A stretch of 64,000 bases of DNA from the NCBI RefSeq assembly GCF_001194135.2, contig NC_068983.1, positions 14,543,094 to 14,607,093 on the forward strand, in the 5' to 3' direction. Positions 51,025 through 63,013 of the stretch are shown piece by piece; position 1 is the stretch's first letter; each line of letters starts with the position of its first letter. The position numbers and the translations under genes are program-made. Under the pieces are notes generated by a model, which saw only the letters and a program-made list of their open reading frames with translations, was not told the DNA's origin and did not search any database. The DNA is from Octopus bimaculoides (taxonomy: Eukaryota).

Positions 51025-51426
51025 ATACTCTTTTACTCTTTTACTTGCTTCAGTCATTTGACTGCGGCCATGCTGGAGCACCGCCTTTAGTCGAGCATAT
51101 CGACCCCAGGACTTATTCTTTGGAAGCCTAGTACTTATTCTATCGGTCACGTTGGCCGAACCGCTAAGTTACGGGGACGTAAACACACCAGCATCGGTTG
51201 TCAAGCGATGCTGGGGGACAAACACAGACAAATAAAAACACACACACATATATACATATACATATATACGACGGGCGTCTTTCAGTTTCCGTTTACCAAA
51301 TCCACTCACAAGGCTTTGGTCGGCCCGTGGCTAAAGTAGAAGACACTTGCCCAAGGTGCTACACAGTGGGACTGAACCCGGAACCATGTGGTTGATAAGC
51401 AAGCTACTTACCACACAGCCACTCCT
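51025..51426 (-). mobile_element. Family C SINE, well preserved
   Basis: Full 3' tail, internal CA/TA microsatellite, head ...actgaacccggaaccatgtggttgataagcaagctacttaccacacagccactcct. Confidence 0.95.
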
Positions 51427-51602
51427 AGCGGGAGAAAGGGTTAATTAATTGATGTTTACACATTACACTCTTGTACATTTCATCTCCTACACTGCCGACG
51501 TCTTTTCATCTACTAATAAAACAATGGCGTAGGAATCAGACATTCATCTATATCAAAACCTATTTATACACTACCCATATATATGTATATGTATATTATG
51601 TG

Positions 51603-51711
<109 letters not shown>

Positions 51712-52838
51712 ATATACATATATACACACACACACACACATATTTTTCACTTAGTTAAATCTAGGCCAGATGGTTATACTATATCCATATAAACGTATAA
51801 ATATTTCTGTATGCGTATGTGTGCATATATGCACATATATAAATGTGTGTGCATCTGTATGCATGTTTACGTTTTTCTGATTCATGGCTTAAAATTGATA
51901 GATGGCACATATATCTTTCCAGTTATTCTATAAGTAAATGCCCTGAACAGTCTTTATAGAAAGCTTCCAATAAGTAATTAAGTATATGAATGAATATTAC
52001 ACTGATTCTATGTAATCTTTTTTTTTATATTTATTATTGATATATACACATTTTACCTATTTTGCCTGTGATATAATTTTTGAAAATCTTAAATAGTGTT
52101 TATAAGCAATCACCTATAGTGCCCCAAAGGTTTCTTAACGTCTTGCCCCTTTAACTAGTAATTAATATCATGATTGAAAGTCTTCCCCTATCCAGCCTCT
52201 TTTTATAGTATTATTTATATCCAGTTGACTACTTATAATATCTTATTTCCACCCTGAGCAAAAGGGACACATAGGATAATATGTATGACCATACCTAGCT
52301 CTCTCTTTATTCGAAATAGACGCGGTCTTCTAATCTATTTAGCAGTTGTTAAAGAGATAAATGAATAAGACATGAATTACAATTCCTAACAACACTATGA
52401 CCCCAATAGGTTTCATGCGATTTTGGGGTAATAGCATAGGATGGTAGGGAGTGATTGCTAAAAGGCTTTTTTGTATCATTTTTATTAGGTTCAACATGGC
52501 TAAAAAAGAATTCTCCTGCTTAGGGAGCAGTGTTTGACTGGAGGTGTGGTTGCACTGTTGGATAGGGTTGCCGTTTCCCCTTTTGTTGTGGTTCATTTCG
52601 ATTTCATATACAACAGTCTTAGAATTCATATTCTTTAATTATCCCTAAATAATTTCTTGACCATTATCGAATAGATTTGCCTCAGTTTTGTATGAAATGT
52701 TCAGTGCTTAAGCAGATTGGTAGTAGGTGTGCACAACCTTATGTTCGTATAGACATAGCAAGAAGGTAATTCCAGAGCCATATGCTCATAAATCTGGTTT
52801 CCCAGATTCTATGGTATTTATATATATAGACAAACACA

Positions 52839-52890
<52 letters not shown>

Positions 52891-53484
52891 GTTCAAATTT
52901 AGAGAAAACCAGGTGCATTAGTGTGACACTTGGACAGAAGGAAAAATTCCTTAACGTTTCAAACCGGTGCTCTTCAACACAAAAGGGTGAGAGGGGAGAA
53001 AGAAGAGAGAACGCAAAAGAAAAATAAACAAAGAAAAAAACAGAGAGAAAATATGTGAAAAGATTAACGATTTAGCATGATGATGGCGGTAGTATATTCT
53101 GAAACAAAGCTTGACCACTTCAAGCACAAATCTATCGTTTGTCCTCAAGTGAGAACCTATATGGCTTTTGGGCCCGGTGACTCTTTAAAGATATTCTAGA
53201 AATATTTCTAACGTGTATTTACTAAATTATTTTGATACATTTTGAAATAGTTTATGGTTACAGTTTAAGGTTGGTGCCAACTATTAGATGACGTTTGAGA
53301 ATGTTTGCTATTGTACTAGATGTACCAGTGCGGATTAAGTATATTTTAAGAGGCTAAGGCTTACACTGCACCACCGTCACGTTTTGAATATTAGTTTGTC
53401 TGTTGTGGTGACATGTGTTGCTTAATAGCCCCTTGAATTATTTGTTGTTTGGTCTCGGATTCAAATCTGGATTCTTGTTTTATG

Positions 53485-53498
53485 GTTGCTATGGAAAC
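53485..53498. promoter_or_regulatory. RFX X-box-like site GTTGCTATGGAAAC
   Basis: Near-palindrome GGTTGCTATGGAAACC in non-repeat sequence; tandem ETS-like CGGAAG at 53892-53914. Confidence 0.3.
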
Positions 53499-54304
53499 CC
53501 AGGGCTTTCGACCGTAAGAAAATACAGGTCATCAGGATCTTTCACTGTTTTTGGTTCCATGGAATACTGATGGAACTGTCGACCATCAGCGACAACGCTA
53601 ATCACTATCAAATTTTGTATAGATATTCATATGTGCGTATGTGTGTCTTGCCCTCGTATTGCCCGCTAACTAGGTTTGCAATATAGAAAGTGTTATCTGT
53701 TTTAAAACTGCATTGCGTGTAATGAAACGGATTTGACTGAAATATGCATCTAATCGTGGGATCACGGTGGGGATTTCACATTAGTTGGTTTATAGGTGGG
53801 TTTAAAAATGTATCTGAAGTGATGTAATAATTCAGAGATGAGATCTTATATATTGTATTTACTCTAGAGAATTTTGATCGATGGATGCCAAGCGGAAGCG
53901 TAAACTACGGAAGTGGTAGAATGAGATGGTCATTATCTCTCACTTGCAGAGTGTTCTCTTATCTATTTATTTGGCGATGTAGAAATAGAAAGAATACAAC
54001 CTCTGTTATCATTTCACGAAGCTTAATTAAATGAACTGAGGGAATGTCTGGAGGAAAATTAGCAGATCTTGTTTCCAAAAATGTTACAAAAGAGAATCAA
54101 AAGATCCATTAATCTCTGACGTCACGGTGCTAATAATATTTGTTTTGAATTGTTCACGTGATTTCTTTCATGAGATGATATTTTTTACTATAGATTCTGG
54201 ACGATAGCATCGCTACACTCTATCTAAATCAGATGAATATAATTACGGTCGAATGTTTACGAAATTCGCTTTAGGTTATTTTACGTCTTTATTGTGCCTA
54301 AGTG

Positions 54305-54690
54305 TGGAGGCGCAATGACCCAGTGGTTAGGGCAGCGGACTCGCGGTCATAGGATCGCGGTTTCGATTCCCAGACCGGGCGTTGTGAGTGTTTATTGAGC
54401 GAAAACACCTAAAGCACCACGAGGCTCCGGCAGGGGATGGTGGCGAACCCTGCTGTACTCTTCCACCGCAACTTTCTCTCATTCTTACTTCCTGTTTCTG
54501 TCGTGCCTGTAATTCAAAGGGTCAGCCTTGTCACACTGTGTCACGCTGAATCTCCCCGAGAACTACGTTAAGGGTACACGTGTCTGTGGAGTGCTCAGCC
54601 ACTTGCACATTAATTTCACGAGCAGGCTGTTCCGTTGATTGGATCAACTGGAACCCTCGACGTCGTAAGCGACAGCGTGCCAACAACAAC
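54305..54690 (+). mobile_element. Family B SINE
   Basis: Collinear with the other B copies; ends gtgccaacaacaac. Confidence 0.95.
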
Positions 54691-55199
54691 ATGTATCCTA
54701 GGTAATAGATTCTGGTACAGAGATACCCGTCTTATGAACAAAAGGTTTCCATGCATTTATCTTCTGCGTAAAATGATCGATGTCCAGGGTTCATTATACT
54801 TGCTAACGATGCGATTTAATCTTTATTCATAACACTGTAGTTTCACATATGAAAATATAGACTGCGATACTTTTTTTTTAGCTATTATTGTCCTGTCGTC
54901 TATAATATCATATTTACTATTTCATTGTTATTGCTGTTATTTGCTACAGTATGTAGATGTGAGCCATAAATAATTATTGTATCCTTTATTTTGTTTAGAA
55001 ACAGTTTTTCTGTCTTCCATAATAATCATTCGCAAAGCAAGTGCTCTGATATTAGGTCGACATGTATCACAGGAATGATTTACTGTGCCATATTCCGATA
55101 CAGTGTACGAAAAAAAGTGTTAGAATCCAGATGTTCAACGATCGATTTGAAATTTCATGTGAATATGCCGACAGCATTTAATATTAATATTAATTATTC

Positions 55200-55980
55200 T
55201 CTCAAATTTTGGCACAACTGATGCAATTTTGAAGGGAAGAGTAAGTCTATTTAATCGCCCCAGTGCTAGAGTGTTGTTATGTTATCGACCCCCGAATGTA
55301 TGAAGGACAAAGTTGACCTCAGCGGCATTGAAATTCGCAACACAAAGATGCAGTAAAGATTCTGCCAGCTCATCGCCTCTTTCTGATTTAGCAAGAGACC
55401 AGCATTTTTTAAAGGGAAACCGGAAAAGCAAATTTGACCTCGATGGGGAATCCAGACGGTTTTATGACTTTGCGAGCTCACAGCCATATGTTCTTGAATA
55501 AAGAAAGTATTGCGTCTCCAATAATAGATTCTGATTGAAGCACAAATCCAGGAAATTTCAAGGAAGGGGATTTGTTGATACCACCGTCTACGCTACTGCT
55601 TCACTGCTACTTTATTTTATCCACTCCGAAAGGATGAATGACAAAGTTGATCCCGAAGTGATTTGAACGTAAAAAGTAGGAACGAATATGATTTGCTCAT
55701 ATTCGTTTCGACAAATGCCGGATATGTTCTTCGATGCTTTAACAAAATTTTAACAACATACCTCCCTTAATTCTTTTTTCTAATTGAGGCATTAGGCGTC
55801 GAAATTTGTAGGTGATGTGGTCAGTGGATTACATTAATCCGAATATTTGTCAAGAACTTAACTTATACGAGCCGGAATGGATGAAAGTAAAAACTGATTC
55901 CGGTGCGTTTCGAACTTTATGTAACTAATAATAAAGTAGAGCATTTAGTTCGACGCTTTTACATTTCTGCTAATTCACTA
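55200..55980 (-). mobile_element. Three old family A SINE fragments
   Basis: atcgacccccgaatgtatgaaggacaaagttgacc (55285), ccgaaaggatgaatgacaaagttg (55627), ggatgaaagtaaaactg (55880). Confidence 0.6.
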
Positions 55981-56132
55981 ACCTAAAGTCTTATAACAAA
56001 TAGAGATCAGGGTAGAGATAGGTGAATTTTATAGTCGTGAATGCAATTCCTGTGGCAATGACAATGTTTTAAATAGAGACTTTTAACACCGAATGTCTTT
56101 TGCACGAAGCTGCCTGTCAACGACTCATTATA

Positions 56133-56357
56133 TCTCTTTTACTCTTTTACTTGTTTCAGTCATTTGACTGCGGCCATGCTGGAGCACCGCCTTTAGTCGA
56201 GCAAATCGACCCCAGGACGTATTCTTTGTAAGCCTAGTACTTATTCTATCGGTCTCTTGTGCTGAACCGCTAATTTACGGGGACCTAAACACACCAGTAT
56301 CGGTTGTCAAGCGATGTTGGGGGGGGGGACAAACACAGGTACGCAAACATACATATA

Positions 56358-56399
<42 letters not shown>

Positions 56400-56458
56400 N
56401 NNNNNNNNNNNNNNNNNNNNNNNNNNNNNNNNNNNNNNNNNNNNNNNNNNNNNNNNNN

Positions 56459-56494
<36 letters not shown>

Positions 56495-56645
56495 GACGGG
56501 CTTCTTTCAATTTCCGTCTACAAATCCACCCACAAGGCTTTGGTCGGCCCGAAGCTATAGTAGAAGACACTTGCCCAAGTTGCTACGCAGTGGGACTGAA
56601 CCCGGAACCATGTGGTTGGTAAGCAAGCTACTTACCACACAGTCC
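56133..56645 (-). mobile_element. Family C SINE, well preserved, with a gap in its internal microsatellite
   Basis: Same layout as 51025-51426; N run at 56400-56458 between (CA)n and (AT)n. Confidence 0.95.
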
Positions 56646-57839
56646 CTCCGATATCTGTAAAATCTATAAGTTTGTCTTTTATGTATCTTTATATATACGT
56701 ATGTTTGTGTGTGTATAAATGTAAGTATGCACATGTTGTAAATGTGTGTCGATGAATATATGCATGCCTGTATAAGTATGTGTACGATTGTAAGCAAACG
56801 TCTACATTTGGTTGCGTGTATGTGTAAGCACGGGAATAACGTAGGGCACCCAACAGCCTCTAGGTTATTAATATACCAATAGCGAGAGAAACAAAATGAC
56901 AGAAAGAATTAATTGAGATATGAATGCGAGAATCACTATCCTATTAATTGCTGCCTGCAAACGTAAAAATATTGTGCCTGAGTGGGAATCCGATGCATTT
57001 TAAATCTGGTCTTAAAATGTGTTACACAACAGAAAAGAAATATGATATTAATTGATATTAATAATCTAAAGTGACTTGGAGTATAGAAGAATGATCAATA
57101 AAAATTTAGAAGAAAAACTGCAAGTTGAAAGAACGAACTGAAGTCATTCAAATGTGTATTGAAATAAGACAAATGAAAATTTATGAAAAGAAATTTGAAG
57201 ACATCGTATTTTGGATTGCGTAATAAATAATTATTTTAAGAATAATGAAAGAAACAGTGTTATGAATATTGCCGAATATAGCTGTATTCAATGCAAATTG
57301 TGGGCGAGTTGTCACGATCAGCCTTTTAATACAGGAATAGAACGCGTTTCAATGAAATGACGTAATTTGTTTTCTGTACATCATGTAAACTTGGAGGCGA
57401 TAGGCAACGCAAGATGATTCATATTATTGGATAAGACGATATAAGTGCAAGAGCAAGAAGTGAGAAACGGAGTATTCCGACGTAGGATACAAGATATCTC
57501 ACAACATTGTGCATAGCTAAAAAAAAATAGTAGAGCGTAGTGGCATAGATATGATCGTAGCAGGTTGTGTTAGAGCTCGAAATTGGTTTATCACATCGCA
57601 GAACACACTCGAGAATGTCGTAATGTCTGAAAATTTCCTTAGAGCTTAAAATACCAACGCAATCCATTTATTATATAAGCGGTTACTACACATTAATAGG
57701 ATTTCCAATCCTTACATGGTTGTTTGTGAGCGTGGGTGTCTCGATCTATGATACGTTCGGCTGTTCTCCGCTACCGATTACTCGAAATTGTAGCTAACTT
57801 TACTCTCGGCTAAATTACTCTTGATGTTTTATCTTGCGT

Positions 57840-58088
57840 GGAGGCGCGTGACCTAGTGGTTATGGTGTCAGCACCATGATCGTAAGATTGTGGTTTCGAT
57901 TCCCGGACCGGGCGACGCGTTGTGTTCTTGAGCAAAACACCTCATTTCACGTTGCTCCCGTCCAATCAGCTGGCAAAAATGAGTAACACTGCGATGGACT
58001 GGCGTCCCGTCCAACTTAGGAACACATACGCCTTTGAAACCGGGAAACCGGGCCCATGAGCTTGGCTAGGCTATAAAAGGGAGCATTT
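57840..58088 (+). mobile_element. tRNA-derived SINE family D
   Basis: ggaggcgcgtgacctagtggtta...ggtttcgattccc head; central tgtgttcttgagcaaaacac...gcgatggactggcgtcccgtcc. Confidence 0.85.
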
Positions 58089-59357
58089 ATTATTTTTATT
58101 ATTGTATCTACTATAGTTATTCCTATTATAATGGAGGTCAACTTAATGATATCTTTATTGAAGTTACTATAGTAATTAGGTCGCGACAGAAAGGCCCTTT
58201 GAAGAATCCGGTAGAAAATCCCGGGTATATTTGTTTGAATCTCTCAAGAGAAGGATAAACCGAAACATATAACAAGCCAACTCAACCCTTTCCTCACAAA
58301 GTTGGGATAATTATCCCCCTCAAAAGGATTATTTATATATGTACATATTTACATAAATTATATATATGTATATATATATATGATTCCTAAACATTTGATG
58401 ATGTTATTAATGTGATTGCTTTCATTGCTAGTCCGAGATCAACCAAACTGAAGAGATATATCATTAAAGCGATTCTGATCATGATCACACAGTGGTACTC
58501 ATTACAACTGAGTAACCTAGGATATCGTGTAATAAAACTACCCTCCTCAAACACACAACATGGTACTCTATTTAGGAATTGAACAAAGCCGAACAGACTT
58601 ACTAGACAATGCGCCTTCACTGTCTCCTACTAATCCTAACATATACCTGATTCTTTGCGATGTTGTTTTACCAGTGTTGATGACATTCATCCAGAAATAA
58701 TCGATATGTTGACCGATGACCAACAATATTCAGCAGTTAAGATCAGGGGCAAAGAGCATTACATTATAAAGAAAAATATCTTCGACATTTTTGTTGATTT
58801 TTATTACACAGCTATCGTTATGTAATTGATATCTGGTGTATAATTTGCAGAACTGTATACATTTCCAAAATCAAGTGTTGGATATTGTTTACTCATTGGT
58901 GGAGTGGAAAAATAATGATTGTATATCTTCTTTTACGATAGCAGATGTCATTCGGTGGAGACAAAATGACACCACATTTACTGCTTTATATTATTTACAT
59001 ACATCTCTGTACGCGAGTTCAAATCCTGCGGTCGACATATTTATTATTTGGGGACGATACAAGAAATACCATATATGTAGCTAATTCATTTCAGTCGGGT
59101 ATGCCTCTCTTTTTACCTATGTCGAAGTAATGTGGGAGCATCTTAGAAATCCCTAGCTCACAGTAGTTAACTATCCTTTAATATTAAACTGCTATAATAG
59201 TTAAGTATCCTTTAATTCTGTCTTGAGGAAGATATATTGTATATGATGTCTAAAAATAAATCTAAAGCATGATCACAGCCGCAAGGAAAGGAGGAAACAG
59301 AATCCAACGCGTTGTCTTCTGCTGGTATTTGAAATTAATGATTAATACACAAATTTA

Positions 59358-59548
59358 AGGCGGTGATCTGGCAGAAGCACTACCCGGCGGGCGGAAAACG
59401 ACTTTACGTTCTGTGTTCAAATTCCACCGGGTCGATTTTGCCTTTCGCCCTTTTCGGTTCGATAAAATAAATACCAGTTAAGTTCTGGCTTCTATGTAAT
59501 CGACGTACTTCATCGCACGAAATTGGTGGTTTTGTGCTAACATTTGAA
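59358..59548 (+). mobile_element. Family A SINE flanked by about 160-bp diverged direct repeats (59190-59352, 59563-59722)
   Basis: ggcggtgatctggcagaag...gttcaaattcc...ggtcgattttgcctttc; both flanks start tgctataata(g/t)ttaa(g/a)tatcctttaatt and end ttaatacac. Confidence 0.85.
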
Positions 59549-60444
59549 GGCGATAATTTACTTGCTATAATATTTAAATATCCTTTAATTATATCTTCAG
59601 GAAAAATATCACATTGTATATGTTGACTAAAAATATTGCATGATTATGGCCGGGAGGAATAGAAGAAACAGAAATAAGCGCGTTAACTTGTACCAGTATT
59701 TGAAATCGATAGTTAATACACGAATCAGCTAAACAACCGATAATTGCACAGACAGTCATCTAGATTGTGAAATTAAAGATTGATTTATGCATTTTTTATG
59801 CGCGTTTTTAACCGATTATTTTATGAGAGAAATATTTGCCGTTAAAATATACACAAGAGATGTATACGGGAGTCACTAGATAGGAGTTGTGAAAATATAT
59901 TTCGATTCTCATTCCTCGCTTTCTTACATCACAAACGCTTCCAGAATTTCGTAGAAAACATCTGAACGTCTTATTTCGTATTTCTCTATTTTCAAACGAC
60001 TAATTATAAATCATCGAACAATTAGTTCTCACTTGCCCAGTCGTATTCATTATTCTAATTCTGAGTTACTCTATGTAAGAGGTTATTTAATCAATGGCTA
60101 CGGTAGGTTTAATTATTTCTCAAAAATATAAGATAATCTCGGGGATGCAAGACACCGTTTTTCTAGAATGAACAAACTCTATGTTAGTACAGCACTTAAG
60201 AAAGAAATAAAGCTATATATTAGACATTTATTGAAACTAGTTTAACTGCTTAATTTATAGACAAGAAAACATGAGAGTCGTGTGAGACCTAATGGTCGTA
60301 GCATATTTTCAAAGCACAGTTGTGACAAGCGTTCGAGCTAATTGGATAGGATGCGATATGGTATTGTTCGATCTTACATTACTTCTCAAAATTTAATTCA
60401 TTTGGACATAGACATATCGTTTGCAGAGTCGGAAAGATACATGT

Positions 60445-60625
60445 ATGGTTAGAGCGTCAAGCTTACGATTGTGAGGTTGTAGGTTCGATTCCCGGACCGG
60501 GCTGCGTATTGTGTTCTTGAGCAAGACACTTTATTTCACGTTGTTCCAGTTAACTCAGCTGTAGAAATGAGTTGAGACATCACTGGCGCCAAGCTGTATC
60601 GGCCGTTGCCTTTCCCTTGGATAAT
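60445..60625 (+). mobile_element. Family D-related SINE with a different 3' end
   Basis: ggttagagcg...ggttcgattcccggaccgggc...tgtgttcttgagcaagacactttatttcacgttg. Confidence 0.8.
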
Positions 60626-60629
60626 ATCT

Positions 60630-60750
60630 GCTCTCCTTCCTCCATTATGCATAGGGCATATTATTCCTTCCTGTAGTTTGTCTGGGAGCTTACCACTTGC
60701 GAGAAAGCTCTGAGAAAAGAACCTGCAGTGGTTTTGCAAGGGCTCGTTGA
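60630..60750 (-). pseudogene. CR1/L2-like LINE reverse transcriptase N-terminal fragment
   Basis: LAKPLQ(fs)..FSQSFLASGKLPDKLQEGIICPMHNGGRRAD resembles PL..LF..SL..G..P..WK...I.PIHKGG. Confidence 0.6.
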
Positions 60751-60782
60751 ATGTATATATAGCTATATGTGTGTGTGTATAC

Positions 60783-60846
<64 letters not shown>

Positions 60847-61309
60847 ACAAACACACACACACACGCACGCACATACACATACGCGTGTGTGAGTTTGCCG
60901 TGTGTTTAGATGTGTATGTGACTGATAACTGAAAAACATTTGAAAAATTTGTGGATCCAGCCACTTATCTGTTAGTGCGTGAAATTTAGCATTTAGAATA
61001 TATGTCAACGTAACAGATACATTTGAATTATTGTGTATCAGTGTAGAAAGCTTGAAGATACACATCAAAATGTAAGGCGGATGGCAGTCTGTAAGAAACC
61101 GGCTTGAGGTGATTTGGATTCCCAATCGAATGAGGAGATATATCTGTATTGTAAAAGTAACTTTTTGAGGATGTATTTTATTCTAATCAAAATATCGTGT
61201 TCTGCCGAGTTGAGACATGGATATCCGGTCATAGAACATAGGTGTATCTGAAGTCATGTTGAAAGCAATAGGAACGAAGCTGTGTGAAAGATCGCGGTAT
61301 GTATGTATT

Positions 61310-61980
61310 CTTTCTTTTACTTGTTTCACTCATTTGACTGCGGCCACGCTGGAGCACCGCCTTCAGTCGAATCAAATCGACCCTGGGACTTATTCTATCT
61401 CTCTTTTGCCGAACCGCTAAGTTACGGGGACCTAAACACACCAGCATCGGTTGTCAAGCGATGTTGGGGGACAAACACAGATACACCACATACACACACA
61501 CATCACCCAAGCACACACACACACATATATATATACATATATATATATACANNNNNNNNNNNNNNNNNNNNNNNNNNNNNNNNNNNNNNNNNNNNNNNNN
61601 NNNNNNNNNNNNNNNNNNNNNNNNNNNNNNNNNNNNNNNNNNNNNNNNNNNNNNNNNNNNNNNNNNNNNNNNNNNNNNNNNNNNNNNNNNNNNNNNNNNN
61701 NNNNNNNNNNNNNNNNNNNNNNNNNNNNNNNNNNNNNNNNNNNNNNNNNNNNNNNNNNNNNNNNNNNNNNNNNNNNNNNNNNNNNNNNNNNNNNNNTATA
61801 TATATATATATGTATATATACGACGGACTTCATTCAGTTTCCGTCTACCAAATCCACTCACAAGGCTTTGGTCGGCCCGAGGCTATAGTAGAAACACTTG
61901 CCCAAGGTTCCCCGCAGTGGGTCTGAACCCAGAACCATGTGGTTGATAAGGAAACTACTTACCACACACCCACTCCTGCA
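61310..61980 (-). mobile_element. Family C SINE with a gap in its internal microsatellite
   Basis: Same layout as the other C copies; N run at 61552-61796. Confidence 0.93.
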
Positions 61981-62339
61981 CCTATGTATGCATGTATGTA
62001 TGTATGTATGTACGTACGTACGTATGTATGTATGTATGTATGCATGTACGTTTTAGTGTCGTTGTTTGCACCCACTCCACTAGACAACCAATGTTTTATG
62101 TTCTTTTTTAGGTTCTTTTTTTAATTATCTATTTTTATGTCGCTCGACAACCGATTTTTTATGTTCTCTTAATTTAGTAGATCGGCGAAACACAGCAGTA
62201 GAACAAATACCATATTTCATAAAGAAATAAGTACCGGGTTCGATTTCATTGTCGAAATCTTACAAAGCGGTGGAGCAGTATGGTCGCAGCCCAATAAAGG
62301 AAACAGCTGAAAGAATATAAGATTAAAATAATTTATCCT

Positions 62340-62369
<30 letters not shown>

Positions 62370-62370
<1 letters not shown>

Positions 62371-62950
62371 TAGGTAGTGGGTAGTGATTTTCTCCACTAC
62401 TTCAAGGAGTGACGACCCTGTCCTGACACGAGTCCCAGGTTCAGCTGGCTCCGGGTGACCGTACCCGGTATGGGCCCCTATCTAGGGTTACGGAAAGGAG
62501 ACAACCATCAAAGAAATCCGGATTGGAGACCCGTAGGCGGTTTAGTGTTCGACTCGACACTCTTACGGCAGCTCCTGCAACCAAACTGGTGCCAAACGTA
62601 AAGCTCTACACTTCTTTGGACTACCCTTAGAGAGACTTAGAAATATTCATATTTCTATTTTTGAAAACCAGTGGATGTATTCCACATAATTTAGGTAAAT
62701 AATCCTTCGTACAGACGGTCAGTAGCGACGCTTGCTGGGTTCGGCTGCTCTACATTCATAAGGGGCAATACCCGGAAACTAGTCTGTAGATGCCAGACGA
62801 GCAAAGGGAAGCGACTGACCTCCTCTGTTCGAAGGTTATAATGGACACAGGTTCGTGTGCCACATAGCTAGCTAGAGGCGATGGCCTCTTGGAGCTAATC
62901 AACGGCACCATTCGTCCTATAATTTGGACTGCCATGTTGGCTTGGCGATA
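62370..62950 (+). other. GC-rich, hairpin-rich non-coding island; possibly the 5' UTR of a non-LTR retrotransposon
   Basis: Much higher GC than its surroundings; stems ccgggt/acccgg, ccttcg..ggtcagt/actgacc..cgaagg, agaggc/gcctct; no ORF of note. Confidence 0.4.
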
Positions 62951-62954
62951 ACTA

Positions 62955-63013
<59 letters not shown>

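Noticed and set aside
52339-52629. Possible Penelope GIY-YIG fragment (KTVVYEI...)
   Set aside because: The YIG motif and the conserved Arg/His are absent in all frames examined
56877-56954. Transmembrane-like 78-bp minus-strand exon candidate (AAINRIVILAFISQLILSVILFLSLL)
   Set aside because: Weak donor (gtatat); T-rich DNA yields hydrophobic peptides by chance; no partner exons
62373-62400. Perfect 7-bp GGTAGTG/CACTACT helix with G-U at position 1, like HDV P1
   Set aside because: Too little sequence between the strands for P2/P3/L3, and no following GG
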